A stretch of DNA of 64,000 nt from Phyllosticta citribraziliensis (taxonomy: Eukaryota), in the NCBI RefSeq assembly GCF_038025025.1, contig NW_027117340.1:620001-684000 (forward strand), in the 5' to 3' direction. Positions 35,553-47,621 of this stretch are shown piece by piece (positions within the stretch are counted from its first letter, which is position 1; every line of letters starts with the position of its first letter). Both the position numbers and the translations under genes were made by a program. The notes below the pieces were generated by a model that saw nothing but the letters and a program-made list of their open reading frames with translations, was not told the DNA's origin and searched no databases.

Positions 35553-38360
35553 TGCCCTCAATAATGATGGCTCATGATTTCAAGTTCAACGAAAGATTGG
35601 CACCTTCAACAAAAATGCACTGCATTCCATTGCATTGACGGCGCAGAAGCAAAAGGTAAGTCTTCCAAGTTTAGTTCAAGCTCAATGCGATCTTTGAAAT
35701 TCCTGTCTGAAAAGACTGAGGCTTTTGACAAATGGGACTCTCCAGACCGTAAGAGTTTTTGAAAGGACCGATGACTTTCTGAATGCTTCTGGATAGTCGC
35801 CAACGAGCAGCTCCTATTTCCTGGATTGAGAAACCTTCATCTTGAAAACACTCCTCTCAACTTACGAAAGCCCAGCACGCGAAAGAGGATCCAACCATCA
35901 TTTTGCAACGTGATCCTCGGAGCATGGGAGTCACGACAATAGGTGACAGCTTTCCAAATTCTACAACTAGAAATCCTCGCGACATTGGGCTCGTCTTCTA
36001 CGAAATACGTCAAATTTGTTGATGACCCTACAGCTCCCGCCTCTGTAGGACCGAACTTGCCCTTTGCGTTCAGAAAATTGGATCTCGCAGCAGAACTGCC
36101 CCATTGGCGGCGTACACCGCTACATCTGCACTTACTGCAGGCGTCTTTAAGTTTTCTCGAGTCCCCAATCCTTTTCTTCAGCACTTTCTCACCCGAGTTT
36201 GGATTAATATGAAAGGTTACCCAAACGACCACCAAAGGACGTGAGCAGGCATCCGCAAAGCAGCACAGGACGAGCCTGGCCGTTACCCATTGCAAAATTC
36301 TGTAATTCGATTATGTGTGGCAGCAAGCAAGACCGAGATCTAATGCAACATCTCGTGGTTCTCACAACGCACATCGAATACGAGCAACATCTAGGCGCTT
36401 CGAAAAAGTGCAAGCAAAGGGAGTCTTAGATTTGTGAAGACAGTGATGAATGAAGGCGACAAAGCCACAAGGGAACTTCTCATTTGCTACCACCTGTCGC
36501 GTGGATGCAACTGCCGTTGGTCAATATTGGAAACTTCCACCATCCTGACTGCAAATGGAGTACATGCGATCAGATTTCCACTCATAAATTCTTCATTGAA
36601 CTCCGTATCGTCAACATCCTGTCAAAATCGCAAAGCTTTTAGACACCTGGAACTTCAAAATCAATATGGTCTCAAATCAATAAAGCGTGCGTTTGATCAC
36701 GGTAGACCAACAACATGTCTCTTCCCAAAACCATGACACTGAGCTGAAAAGGCCATGACCTACATCTTCCAAGGAGAGATTGTGGATCGGTGATGTCGCA
36801 GCAGCTGTTTATGATTTAGTTGATAAGATGCCGCGGGCAATGGTGACAGTATGAGGCCTTCAACTTTATTTAGCAGCAACGCTTAGAAGCCCCGTAAGAT
36901 CAGAGAGGAAACTGCATTCTGCTTGCTCCGAAGTTGTCTCAGACTTCGAAAACGAGGTATCTTCTACTGCTTTCGTGGAAATTTCATGAGTAACACTACC
37001 ACACATTCACTTTCATAATGAAGTCCTCGCCTATGGTAGAAGCGTAAATCTACAGCTATAGAGCCAGTAGTTTCTTTTGACTTTGTGCGAATTTGCTCCG
37101 CAAAACACTCTGGGAGAGGTTGTTTGGTGTTTTTTCACACGATCAGGTGAATTGGATTGCAAGCTTGGACTCACAACCACCTCCTGTTCCGCTGCACCAG
37201 ACAGGGGTAAGGAAAAGAGCTTGTGTCCGGCTCAGAAAAGGCACCTCTACAGTCGTTGATGATGCTGCTTTAGCGGAACTTTGAACCCATTTTTTTCAAA
37301 CTCCTTCTCCCGCAATGACGGCTTTGGCAACACAAAAGAGAGAGACTGAGCGCACCTGCAGACTGCTACTCCGGAGCTGGCACTTCCTGTGTAGAACTTC
37401 TTTCTATCGCTTGTTCTAAGTGCACACAGTGGTGCCTGCAGCAAAAAGACATGGACAGGAGTCTCAGCTGAAAATATCTACATTTGTTGCTTCTATGTTG
37501 ACATTGTGATACGCTTAGTTGGTGTGTATACTGTACTGATTAGATGTGGTCTATAACTTTAGTTTCTTAAGTTTTTCCCCTTATGATACTTCTATCTAAA
37601 CTCTCAGCTTTCCTGCGTGACTCTACTGGGTGTCCTGTGAGAAAATTATCTTGTGAACAAATGAGCCTGCCTAAGCTTAAGGGGCAAGAGCCAAGCTTGA
37701 GTCTTTCTGGCAGGGTTGGAGCAAGAAAGGAACTTGGGCAGCGTGTTCGTGGCAAATCACCTTCTCAGGTAGCTCCTTCCATGGTCGAATTAAACATCAA
37801 TGGTTTTCCGTCAAAAGCCACGCTCCAGTTCTTTTCTGAAGTAAGCAAGTAAGTTGCCGCGCCCTCCTTTGTACTGCCATTAAGATGTGCGTCGAGAAAT
37901 GTAGTATTAAGTGAGTATGTCGCATACCTGCAATGCAGTAAGGATATGAAATGCTTCGTGCAGCTTTGTTGAAAGACTGTGGATGACAAACGAAGATAGA
38001 ACACTCGCACGAGCCTGGCCAGAGCAAAGGAGATGGGAGAGATTCGACAACTTGATGAATTGAAAAGCCGGGACGTTCCAATGGCCTTTCCATCCTCCAG
38101 CACTTTCGAGCTTGATCTCGACCACGCGTCCGTCCTTCAGTTTCACTCAACAGGATAGCAAGGGTGTTGCTTTTCATCTCGACTTGTGCCAGGGTAAACC
38201 AATTTCAGTGCATCTGGTGGAAATTCCATGACTGTTCATGAGGGGCACTTTGGATGCCCCGAGGCGCAGTTCACCTCTTCGCCGACAAGAGACAGCATAA
38301 ACAACTCGAACATGGCAATATCCATACAGCACAAACCCTGCCCCAGCATTTCTCAATACG

Positions 38361-38729
38361 CACCATCACCACCTCCTCCAAAACTCCACAGCCCCCATCG
38401 GTGCCGCCGCCAAGATCGCCACAATTCGTCCCGACTGCCCCCCGCCGCTGCCCTCGATACATCCCGTACGCGCCAGTCCTTAGACCGGTCTCCTTGGCTT
38501 TCTAGGCACTCCGCGCGTCGTTCGATTCACCGCTTGGCGCAGGCCACGCGTGCAACGGAAGGTTGGCAGCGGAGCGGGGAATAAACTAAGCTAGGCAGTG
38601 AGGGACGCGGGGGACGGGACAAGCAACGCATGTTGGACGGCGCCGGCGCCAAGGGAGGGACAAGAACACGAAGGAGATTGGGATAGATAAGGATGGCGGG
38701 GTAGGGGAATGGGGATGGAGTAGATGGTG
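38361..38729. ncRNA. Candidate long imperfect stem-loop RNA (fold-back element A)
   Basis: Nested complementary blocks: CACCATC/GATGGTG, ACTCCA/TGGAGT, CCCCAT/ATGGGG, GTCCCG/CGGGAC, ACTGCC/GGCAGT, CCCCGC/GCGGGG and CCGCTGCC/GGCAGCGG. No credible ORF. Transcription is not shown. Confidence 0.35.
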
Positions 38730-41700
38730 GCATGATTGATGCGCGGCGGGAGAAGGCGCGGTGGAGGCTGTGTTGGTCGCGCCCAGGCTAAGCTGGGCAG
38801 AAGTGAACCAGCCAAGTGAGTCGAGCGTGTCAGTAGGAGGGACTCCCGTATCTGCTGGTCAATCGTCTGGAGATGGAGGGTAGAGAGCGGACATTGCAAC
38901 AGCTTCGAAGAGAGACTGATACAGTCGGGGCGAAAGCGTTGGTGCACGAGCGATGACCATCTGACCAGGACATGTCACTGAAGCAGACCGCTAGCATCAA
39001 CCCAACAACCCGCAAGAAAGACGAATGAGGTGGTGCGACGAGGACCAAGGCTAAGCTCTTCGACTCGGCCCGCGCCACGCCCTAGGCGGTGCAGCATCGA
39101 AGCACATCATGGAGCCAACATGGAGTGTGACGCGGGATGGTCGAGGTTCCGCGCGGCGATAACGGCGGCCACCATCATGGCTTGAGTCATTCTCATTGGC
39201 GCGGAAGGCTACATAGCTAAGTGGTTGTTGTATTGCCGTTTGCCAGTGGATATGCGCCAATACGCAAATGTGAGCGGGGAGGACTCGGGTTGCGGTTTGA
39301 GAGTGCTCGGATTCGTGTTTTTGGGCCCAGTAAACATCATATCAGACTGAAGGAAAGCGAGTATCCCTCACGTCTTTCGACCCGTTCGCTGCCTTGCTCG
39401 GGAAGTCTTGCCTGTCGGATTGACCGAAGGTGGTAGTCATGATAGCGATTTATCGCTTTCGCATTCGCTCCTACACAAGAAGCCACTTTCCCCAACTGCC
39501 TTGCTTCTTCGCACCACAACCTGTTGCTGTTACCTGCTCTCATTTCCACCATGTCCTCAAACTTTACCTTGGCGAGTGCCTGGCCTCATTCTCATGCCCT
39601 ACGCTGCCCGTCAACAGCCACAACCAATTCTTGTTCTTGCGTGCGGTGCGCCTAGTCGCGCAACCTACCTCCTGATGAGTCCATCCGCGTCCACACAACA
39701 CTTTATCCCCAAGGCCACCCCTCGTCGCGCTAGCCACGTTCGAGAATCGCCAGCGTACAACGGCGGAGGGACGTTCGCTGGAAGGTAAGGCGGGGAAAGG
39801 GAGGCCTCGCAGCAAGCATCGTGAATCTGGACCCAGGGCGCGGCGAGGTCGTAGCGCAAGCAACAGCCGTGGCAAGGCACACCCACGGCGGTAGCTTCCT
39901 GTGGCTTTTGCTGGACGCCATGTTGTCGGCAGATGGTGTGAATCACGACCTTGGAGAGCTTTGCGCGGTGTCATGGCGCCGAGTGCCGCGATTCAATGGT
40001 GCGGAGAGAGGCGTTGCGCGACGATCAACTGCCGAGAGGCCTCCTCGCTGAAAGGCGTGCTGGTCCTTGATTCTCATATCTCTCGGCACTTGATCGATGC
40101 CGATGCGGCAGGCGGACAATGCGCTTTTTTGTGCTCTCGCATTTCGTTGTGGTTGCAAGTGCGCCATTAATGCTGCCACGGAGATATCTCGCTGTTCCTA
40201 TAGAGCAATCGAACAGGTGGACAACAAAAGCCTGGAACTCAACTCACGTTTGATGGTAGAGCCCAAACTTGTGAGGACACGGCAAGCGTTGTCCCGAGGA
40301 GAAAGCTCGCCGTGACTCGGAGATGCGGCAGTGGATTGTACGACCTACCCGAATCCGAATGAATGCCTTTTGCGGGATGTTGGACTGCGTCTGTCGAGAC
40401 CACGCCATTGGGCAGTGACTGACCACGCAACTCAACAATCTGTTCGGCAGCCATGAATGCCCATATCTGCCCTACTCGTTCTTGTTTTCGTAAGCACGCA
40501 CCATGTCGCGATTCGGAGCCTGGTTAGTCGAGCACCGCGGAGGTCCAAGTGGCGCAAAGGGTAATCCAGCTCGGTGCCTAATCGCGCTGCGCGTGCTTCG
40601 ATTGAGCGTTTTAGGCGCGGAGACCTCGAAGGCGTGTATTTCCGAATCCGATCGGACATTTGGCTTCTTCGCCTAAATCAACGCCAAAGAGCTATAGTCC
40701 AGTGATGGTGGGTCCAGTCCTTACGAGGCGCTGTTCGTCAAAGAGGATCGTGCGCGTAGTCGCAAACGACATGCAAACCCCCGCGGATGAAGCCTGATTG
40801 GAGCAGTTAGCGCCTACCGCTGTGTGCACGGTGCATAATTCAGCTAGAAGGAGTAATGAAAGTTCTTTAATCAAATAAAGTTTGCGACATGACAGGGCAG
40901 TGACCTGCCCAAGGCAGCTACTGTTATGGTAGCGTCGACGCTTTGCCCAAGGACAACCAGTGAGCAACATGGCAGGGTGATGACAATGCAGCGAAACGTT
41001 GCTTACCGTGTGTAGCTCAACCTCGGGCCCGTGTTAAATAAACCGTGTCTTTGTTTAGTGAAGAATAATTGAGGAGGTGAGCCCACCAGGTACGAGCGCG
41101 ACAAGCTAGCTCCCTGTCAATATGCAGACAACTCGACTTACTCATGGGCAAACAAGGTTCATGACCTCTCCCTACGAGAAGGAGCTGCGACAGTCAGCGA
41201 GGCGGGCGCAGGGTACCGGCATCTTGCCCATTTTAATCAGCGAGCTCCGCGCGTTTGATTGACGCCGGGACAAAGAAGGTTTCCAGGGTGTTTGCAACTG
41301 ACGCACCGTAAGGTTGTGACAATTAGAAAGGATACCTGCATGGAGAATATGCCTCGAAAATACACGGCGCCCATTCGATTTTCTGGGGGGAGGATCGGCA
41401 CTTGGGGGATTTAGAGTTAGGGGGGACGGTAAAGCCCCTGAAGCGGAGCGCCTGATCATGTTAGCTCTTGGCTCTTCTAGGATTGAAAATGCCATGCTTT
41501 CAAAAGGCGGTGAATTGTTATGGGAGAGGGCAGACTACGCTGTTAGTGCAAACGCCTTTCGAGGAGCAGTAGGGCTTGTCCGTAATGGCTGTGTCCACGA
41601 CGGAATGAAGCGTCCTACATCGAACGAAGCCATGTTTGAGCTGATTTAGACGTAGAGGGCGTAGAGCAGGCGCAACCGCGGCGATCTACCAAAACTGTCA

Positions 41701-44700
41701 ATCCACAGAATGGAGGCCCGTCCTATAGCTTCGCATTCCGATCACTGCGACTAGAAGATATGTCGGTCTGTGGCCATGGCGCCTGGCGTGAAGTAGGCCC
41801 GACCTGATCAACGATGCTCTGCCGCTATCAATCGCTGGAAGCTATGGCGTCTTGAAGGCCACGGCGCCAGTCATGGTCCGGACAAAAAGCGGCACCGGGA
41901 TGATCAAACTGGAGGTGGATCCTTGTAAATCCTCCACGACCTCACGATGTCTATTTGTGTCAGCAACGCAAACTGGACCACTCTTCGATTGGTAATGTTT
42001 TGTTGGGTTGCAGTGGCGCCAACAAGACTTGCCGCATCTGCTTTCCACATGCAACTGTAATGCAGGCCGAATGATTGACACACGGCTGGCTTACACGATT
42101 TTGGCAAAACTGGCGTCCGCTTCGCTTTGGAGTATTGAGTGGTCCCAGGGCCACCAGTCCGTGCACCCAAGCGTAAACGTCTCAATAGTGGGTTGTCGTT
42201 GCCTCACCAGTGGCTGAGCCGTCTCATCAACTATTATTGCTCAGTGGATGATCTCTATCATTCAGGCTGAACAATGAAGCGATTTGTTGCCCAGGCTTGA
42301 GCGCAGTCTGCATGCTGCCGCGACCTCGTCAAGGAACGTGGCAGAGGTGCTCATCCGGTGAAGCAATATCTTGAGGCTCGGCGTGCAGGCGGAGCGGCAC
42401 GTTGCCAATTCAAGCTCCAAGGACTTCGAACAAGGACCGGTTTCGTAAATAGAGAAAGTGAAGCAACGCTCTGGCGGTTTTGGCAGAGCGTAATTGGTTG
42501 ATTCTTCAGTGGCGCGGATGAATTTCAGGCTTAGCATAAGTTAGTTTTCGCTCGCAAGAATGGCAGTTTCTTTACTGCCGAGCGTCAGGTAGGGGAGACC
42601 TTAGATGAGCGCGATTCAGGCCAGAGTTCATGCAGCGAGTTGCCGCTAGTCATTTTCAGCCGACATGACTCCTCAATTTCTTCCCACCAAAATCTCTCAT
42701 CAACAAGATCTGTCGTTGGGAGACAAAGGGATGGGTCAGCGGTAGAAAAAATCTTGCTTAACCAAAGAGCGTTGGCGGGCGTTGTGCGGAGACGATTTTG
42801 GTTCCAAGTGACAAGCATCCGTGCCCTTCCAGCCCAAACGACACGATGAGGCCAGTTGCCACGGGCATGCACGTTTGACTTTCACGTGAATCCACTTCCT
42901 GGGTGATGATCGAGGATGTCGTGGCTTCTGCCGAACCCCAACCACTACTTGCTTGCAGATCTCTTTGCGACGCGCGCCTTGTGCACAAGATGCGTCTTGA
43001 CATGCGATGGCGACCATCTTGCTCAGCCGTTGGTCAAGTTTTGGACAGCGAAGCAATACTGCCACAAATAGCCCGACAGCTTGTTAAGCTTCACTCCATC
43101 CAAAGACACGGAAAGTGGCACTTGCGCAGGTGCAGCTACGACGGCGCTCGGAGCTCGAGGACTGCACCGCTTCGACGTGTGGGTTGAAGGAATGAAGGAT
43201 CTGTGTTGAGTACAACTCGCCGCTCGCGATCTTGGTATCTCGTAAACGGCGGAAACTGCCGGTCTAGCAAATCTGAGAGTGTCTGTCACCGCCCATTGCC
43301 TGGGTTCCCCTGCTCAATGTGAGCTTTGTCGCAGGGAAAACCTCTTTGGTGGCTTTGTGGTTGCCTTTTAAGGCATCAGCTTGCTCGCATTTTTGGTAGT
43401 GGAAGCGTCTGCGTTGGAATAATGACGAGAAGACGGCAAACTTGGCGCGACGGATGGAAGCGACGCCACCAGAGCAGTGAGTCGGTGAGGACGGGGGAAA
43501 AGTCTACCGCCACCCCCAGTGCCATGTTGAGATCGAGAGGAGGTCAACATTAATCATGAGACTCGCCGAGCTCAAGGATCAAGCTCTTTCAAAGGCAGAC
43601 AACGTGCAGGACATCCTTGTAGCGTAACCAGCGCGTTGGAAACGGTGGAGGCGGCGCGGCGCGTATGTTCAAGGGGACAGGTGTCAGGCCTCGCCCACTA
43701 GCAGGTCTAGGTCTATCGGCGAGCAAAGCTATTCGCATGATGGGTGGGAGGACTGCAAGGTATCGACGCATCGCGAGCAAACGGCGATCCACTGAGGACG
43801 GCGATGGCGCAGCGGTTGTCTTGAACGGCGAAGGTCGTAATCGTGTGACGTCTGACGGAGCAAGTAGCCTGTGACATTGACGCGGCGCGAACCGAAGAGG
43901 GCGATATCGACCAGTGGTGGTTGAGGTGGAGGACGGCGATCGAGTCGAATCAAATTCAGCCAAGTCCACGAGTCGGTTAGCATGACTCGCGAGCCGTCGT
44001 TGGGTCGTGCAGAACCGACTCCGTCATGTGTGCAAACCACAACCGAGATGGATGGGGGCATGGATGTCATGTGGGAACGAGGAAAAGAAAAAGGAAAACA
44101 TGGAAAAGCGCATCAAATGCGACCCGCGCGTCCTCGGTGGTGCTTTGTTCGGTTCGCTCCTCTGCCGGACACGCCTCCGTCTGGCTGTCGTCGAGCTAGA
44201 TTCGAAAAATAGAATGCCGAAACTTGCTCCTTGGCCTGCGATGACAGTTTTGAGAAGGCTCGCCCTCGCTTCTTCAAACAGGTGGCCCCCAGCACCGTCT
44301 GGTCTGAAGCTCGACGCCGGTGTTTGAAAGCCTTCTAGAAGACTTGTGGAAAAAGGGACATTCCGCCCAAATTGCAGGCCGTTCTTCATTCTGCACCCCC
44401 CAGCGAGTGGGACGTGGCAAGTGGCTGTCACAAGGTTTTTCGAGAAGGCTTCGAGAAGATGGGAATAGACCACGAGGACAAGGACGGGGTCAGCTACGTT
44501 TGATTGCGTCTTCAAGGATGCCACTTGCTGGCCTGCCAAGCCATAATTGACCACCAGGGACATGGCCACCATTTCCATTCATTGGACGCACTCGGCAGTG
44601 GCCAGCATTCACGCTGAACGTGGTTTGCAACTTTACTGTGTTCATTGCATACTCCGTCTCTTCGTGGCGGGTGTGAACAGGAGCTCGAATCTGCATGCAG

Positions 44701-44803
44701 AAACAGAGCAGCGGCACGTCCCCGTTCCAGGGCCATCCAATCAAATTGCCTCTTGCCCAGGAACCTTTTCTCAAAAGGGCGAAGCAGAGCAACAAACTAT
44801 GCT

Positions 44804-45872
44804 CTACGCGATCCACGCACGGTACACAAACTTGCTTCCATACTTGTCGCCGCGCTTGAGGAGAACCTGGCCCTTCCACTCCTCCACGTTAGCTGCATTG
44901 ACGTAGCGGCTCGGTTCGACACAAAAACCTGTGCGTGGTCCACGAGCCGGGATTCCATCTACCTCGGGGACATTGAGAAAGTTGCCCGTGTAGAACTGGA
45001 ACGCAGGTTCTGTGCTGTGAATTTCCAAATGGACCTTGGAAGTGGGCTGGTGGAATGCTGCCAATCTTTGCAGAGGCTGAGATCTCGTATCCACAGGAAC
45101 CTTGTCGGCCTCTGGGTTCATGATGAAGCAATGATCAATTTGAGGCTCCTTCTCGCCCAATGAAAAGGGTTTGCCAGCCGTGATTCCTGGAAAGGGTTCG
45201 ATCTTGCCTGTGGGAATTGTGTTTTCATTGACAGGCAAGTGCTTGTCAGTCGACAAGGTGACCTCAGTGCCTGCGATGGAGTGGCCGCTTGGAGCCCCAG
45301 ACAGATTGAAGTAGCTGCGTCAAGTTAGGAGGGCGGCGCTCGGCCAAGGGCACATGTGAGCCTCACCTGTGGTTGGTGAGGCCAATAACAGTCTCTTGGA
45401 CGTTGTCAGGTCCAACAAGCTCGGCCTCATACTCGGCTTCGAGGACCGTTTGCTCAACACCATCCACCTTTTCGGTGTAGGCGCTATAGATGACCTTGAG
45501 CTCTACCGTTCCTGGATAGCCTCCCTCACCGTCGGGGCTTTGGAACTTGAACACGACGGCCTCCTTGCCGTCTTTGTTGATGGGCGTGGGGCCTTGGAAT
45601 TCGCGCTTGCCCCAGCCGCCATCGCCTCCGTGCAGAGAGTTGGGCCCGTTGTTGGCAGCCAGGGCGTAAGACGTGCCATTGAGGCTGTTGATCTTGGCAT
45701 ATGATATGCGGTTCGCGACGCGGCCGATGGTCTCACCGAAAAAGGGCTTGTTGTATTGCTTGTACTGCTCGGCGGTGGCGAAGTTTTGGACGATGTTCAG
45801 TCCGTTGATGGAGAATTCTTGAATGACGGCGCCGAGAGGCAGGAACGAGACCTTGGAGGCGGGCTTGGCCAT
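44804..45872 (-). CDS. Aldose 1-epimerase (galactose mutarotase, GalM / Gal10 C-terminal-like); intron 45315-45366
   Basis: Motifs FFGETIGRVANRI, NNGPNSLHGG, GYPGTV, spliced LTNH|SYFNL, DHCF, FQFYTG and GFCVEPSRYVNA. Confidence 0.94.
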
Positions 45873-46617
45873 GGCGATGGATGCGCGGGGGTTGCTGGAA
45901 GTCGGTTCTAGACTGCCTCGATATCAGCAATTCTGAGCGTTGAGCCTTGAAACTTGGGTGAGGACACAGTTGCAGTGAAGGTTAATCCAAGCCATGGTGG
46001 CCGCTGGAGCGACGACGAGGGTCATGGTTGTTGCGAAACAGGGCGGGGTTGGGGTGGGGAGTGCCCCACTCGTCGTGGTCTGCTGAGCTGAGCCTCTGGT
46101 CAATTCATCCGACGAGTGTCTCTCAGAGCGCTTGGCAACTCAGAAGCCATCTTGTGCACAACGTGCGCTCTCTATGACGAACCTCGTCAGCGAGTCAGTT
46201 GCTGGCGTGGTCATTACCCCATTGAGCGGCAATGGGATGATGTGCTCCACGAGAGGCGGCGCCACGACTCAGCGTGATCGCCTAACAATTCTCTCCTTCG
46301 TCCTCCTCACGTCATACGCACAACGGCGTCAAGAGTCAAGGGTGAGTAATTTCATCAGGATATTCAACGTACAGAGATAAGAGTACAGAGTGGAGCTACG
46401 GCAACCGACTCAAGGTATCCAACGATCGTTGTTCAAAGCTTCCAAACACAGTGCGCGTATACATCATACCAACCCAGGTCAAAGTACCAGCCCAAGGACG
46501 CGCCAGACGCCAACCCAATCCCGCTTGAACGCGCCAATTCTATCCCAACCGATTAGGCGCAAAGACTGTTGATCCACAGCGCGTTGAAAACAAAGGAAAA
46601 TGGTTCAAAGCAGACGC

Positions 46618-47621
46618 CTAAACGAACTGAGGTGCCCAATTTGATTGAAGAGCGCTTGGGTTGATTGATGATACCCAGTGGTCGCTGTAGTCCACAGGGA
46701 CGGCGTAAGGATCAAAGGAGGTCTCCATGTACTTGCCCTCCATGTATCCGCCTTCGAGAGTGCCAGACATGACTCCCCCCAGGCTGTCATCCATGACCGG
46801 AGCATCCACATGGAATGAAGGTCGCATCAGCTCCGGAGGTTGTTGTAAGCCGCAATGCCTCTCATACATTGGGATAGGCTTCATTGGTGCGGATCCGAGA
46901 GGATATTGTTGACTTGCAAGTGATGACATGGTAGGTGGCGGTGTTTGAAGAGTATTGTTGGCAGGGAACGGATCGAAATGTGATCGAGGAGGGGTAGGAG
47001 GGGTGCCATTTGAAGAGGGAGTCGAAATGTGTCCGTGATCTGATTCTGACCCGATGGATCCCCGCCTTTTGGAGGGCGGCGCAGGGAGCGTCTCTTCCTC
47101 GTCTCGCAGCCTCTTCTCCATGCGCGCAAAATCTTCTTCGAATGGTTCGTATTGGCCGTTGCCATCTTTCGGCTGAAGCAGGTCGAGTCGTTCGAGGATG
47201 TCGTGCGTTAGAGGGTGGCCACCTTGTTGATCGGACAAGGGCAAGCCTGGCCAGCCTTCGCCTGTCTGGAGACGCCTGTACAACTCGCGAAGTCCGGCAA
47301 CCAACTGGTTCTGTTGTTGTTCCAACATCTCGACGTATCTAGAAACGCTGTCAGCGCGTGTACTCCGCCTGAGATTTCTGGTGTGATATACCCTTTCGGA
47401 TAGACCTTATCGTGGGATTTTTTACGTTCTCCAAAGACGCAAATGGCATTGTCGGCCTTGCAGCGTCCACATGGGGAGGATCCGTCACACTGAATGAAGG
47501 TTAGAGACGACAACCAAGGGCATGGAAGGGTGTGGCAACATACTTTTGATTTCTTCAGACGGCAGCGATCACAAGCCTTGCAGACGCGCTTGCGGATGTT
47601 GTTCTCGGTTGGGGAGTCCAT
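46618..47621 (-). CDS. Zn(II)2Cys6 transcription factor, Fcr1 (fluconazole resistance 1)-like; introns 47490-47543 and 47339-47391; in-frame upstream ATGs extend to 47672
   Basis: Binuclear cluster RKRVCKACDRCRLKKSK|CDGSSPCGRCKADNAICVF, followed by KVYPKG|YVEMLEQQQNQLVAGLRELYRRL and PLTHDILERL. Confidence 0.9.

Noticed and set aside
41172..43300. Several 90-110 aa ORFs with occasional splice-like signals
   Set aside because: No coherent gene model or recognisable homology.
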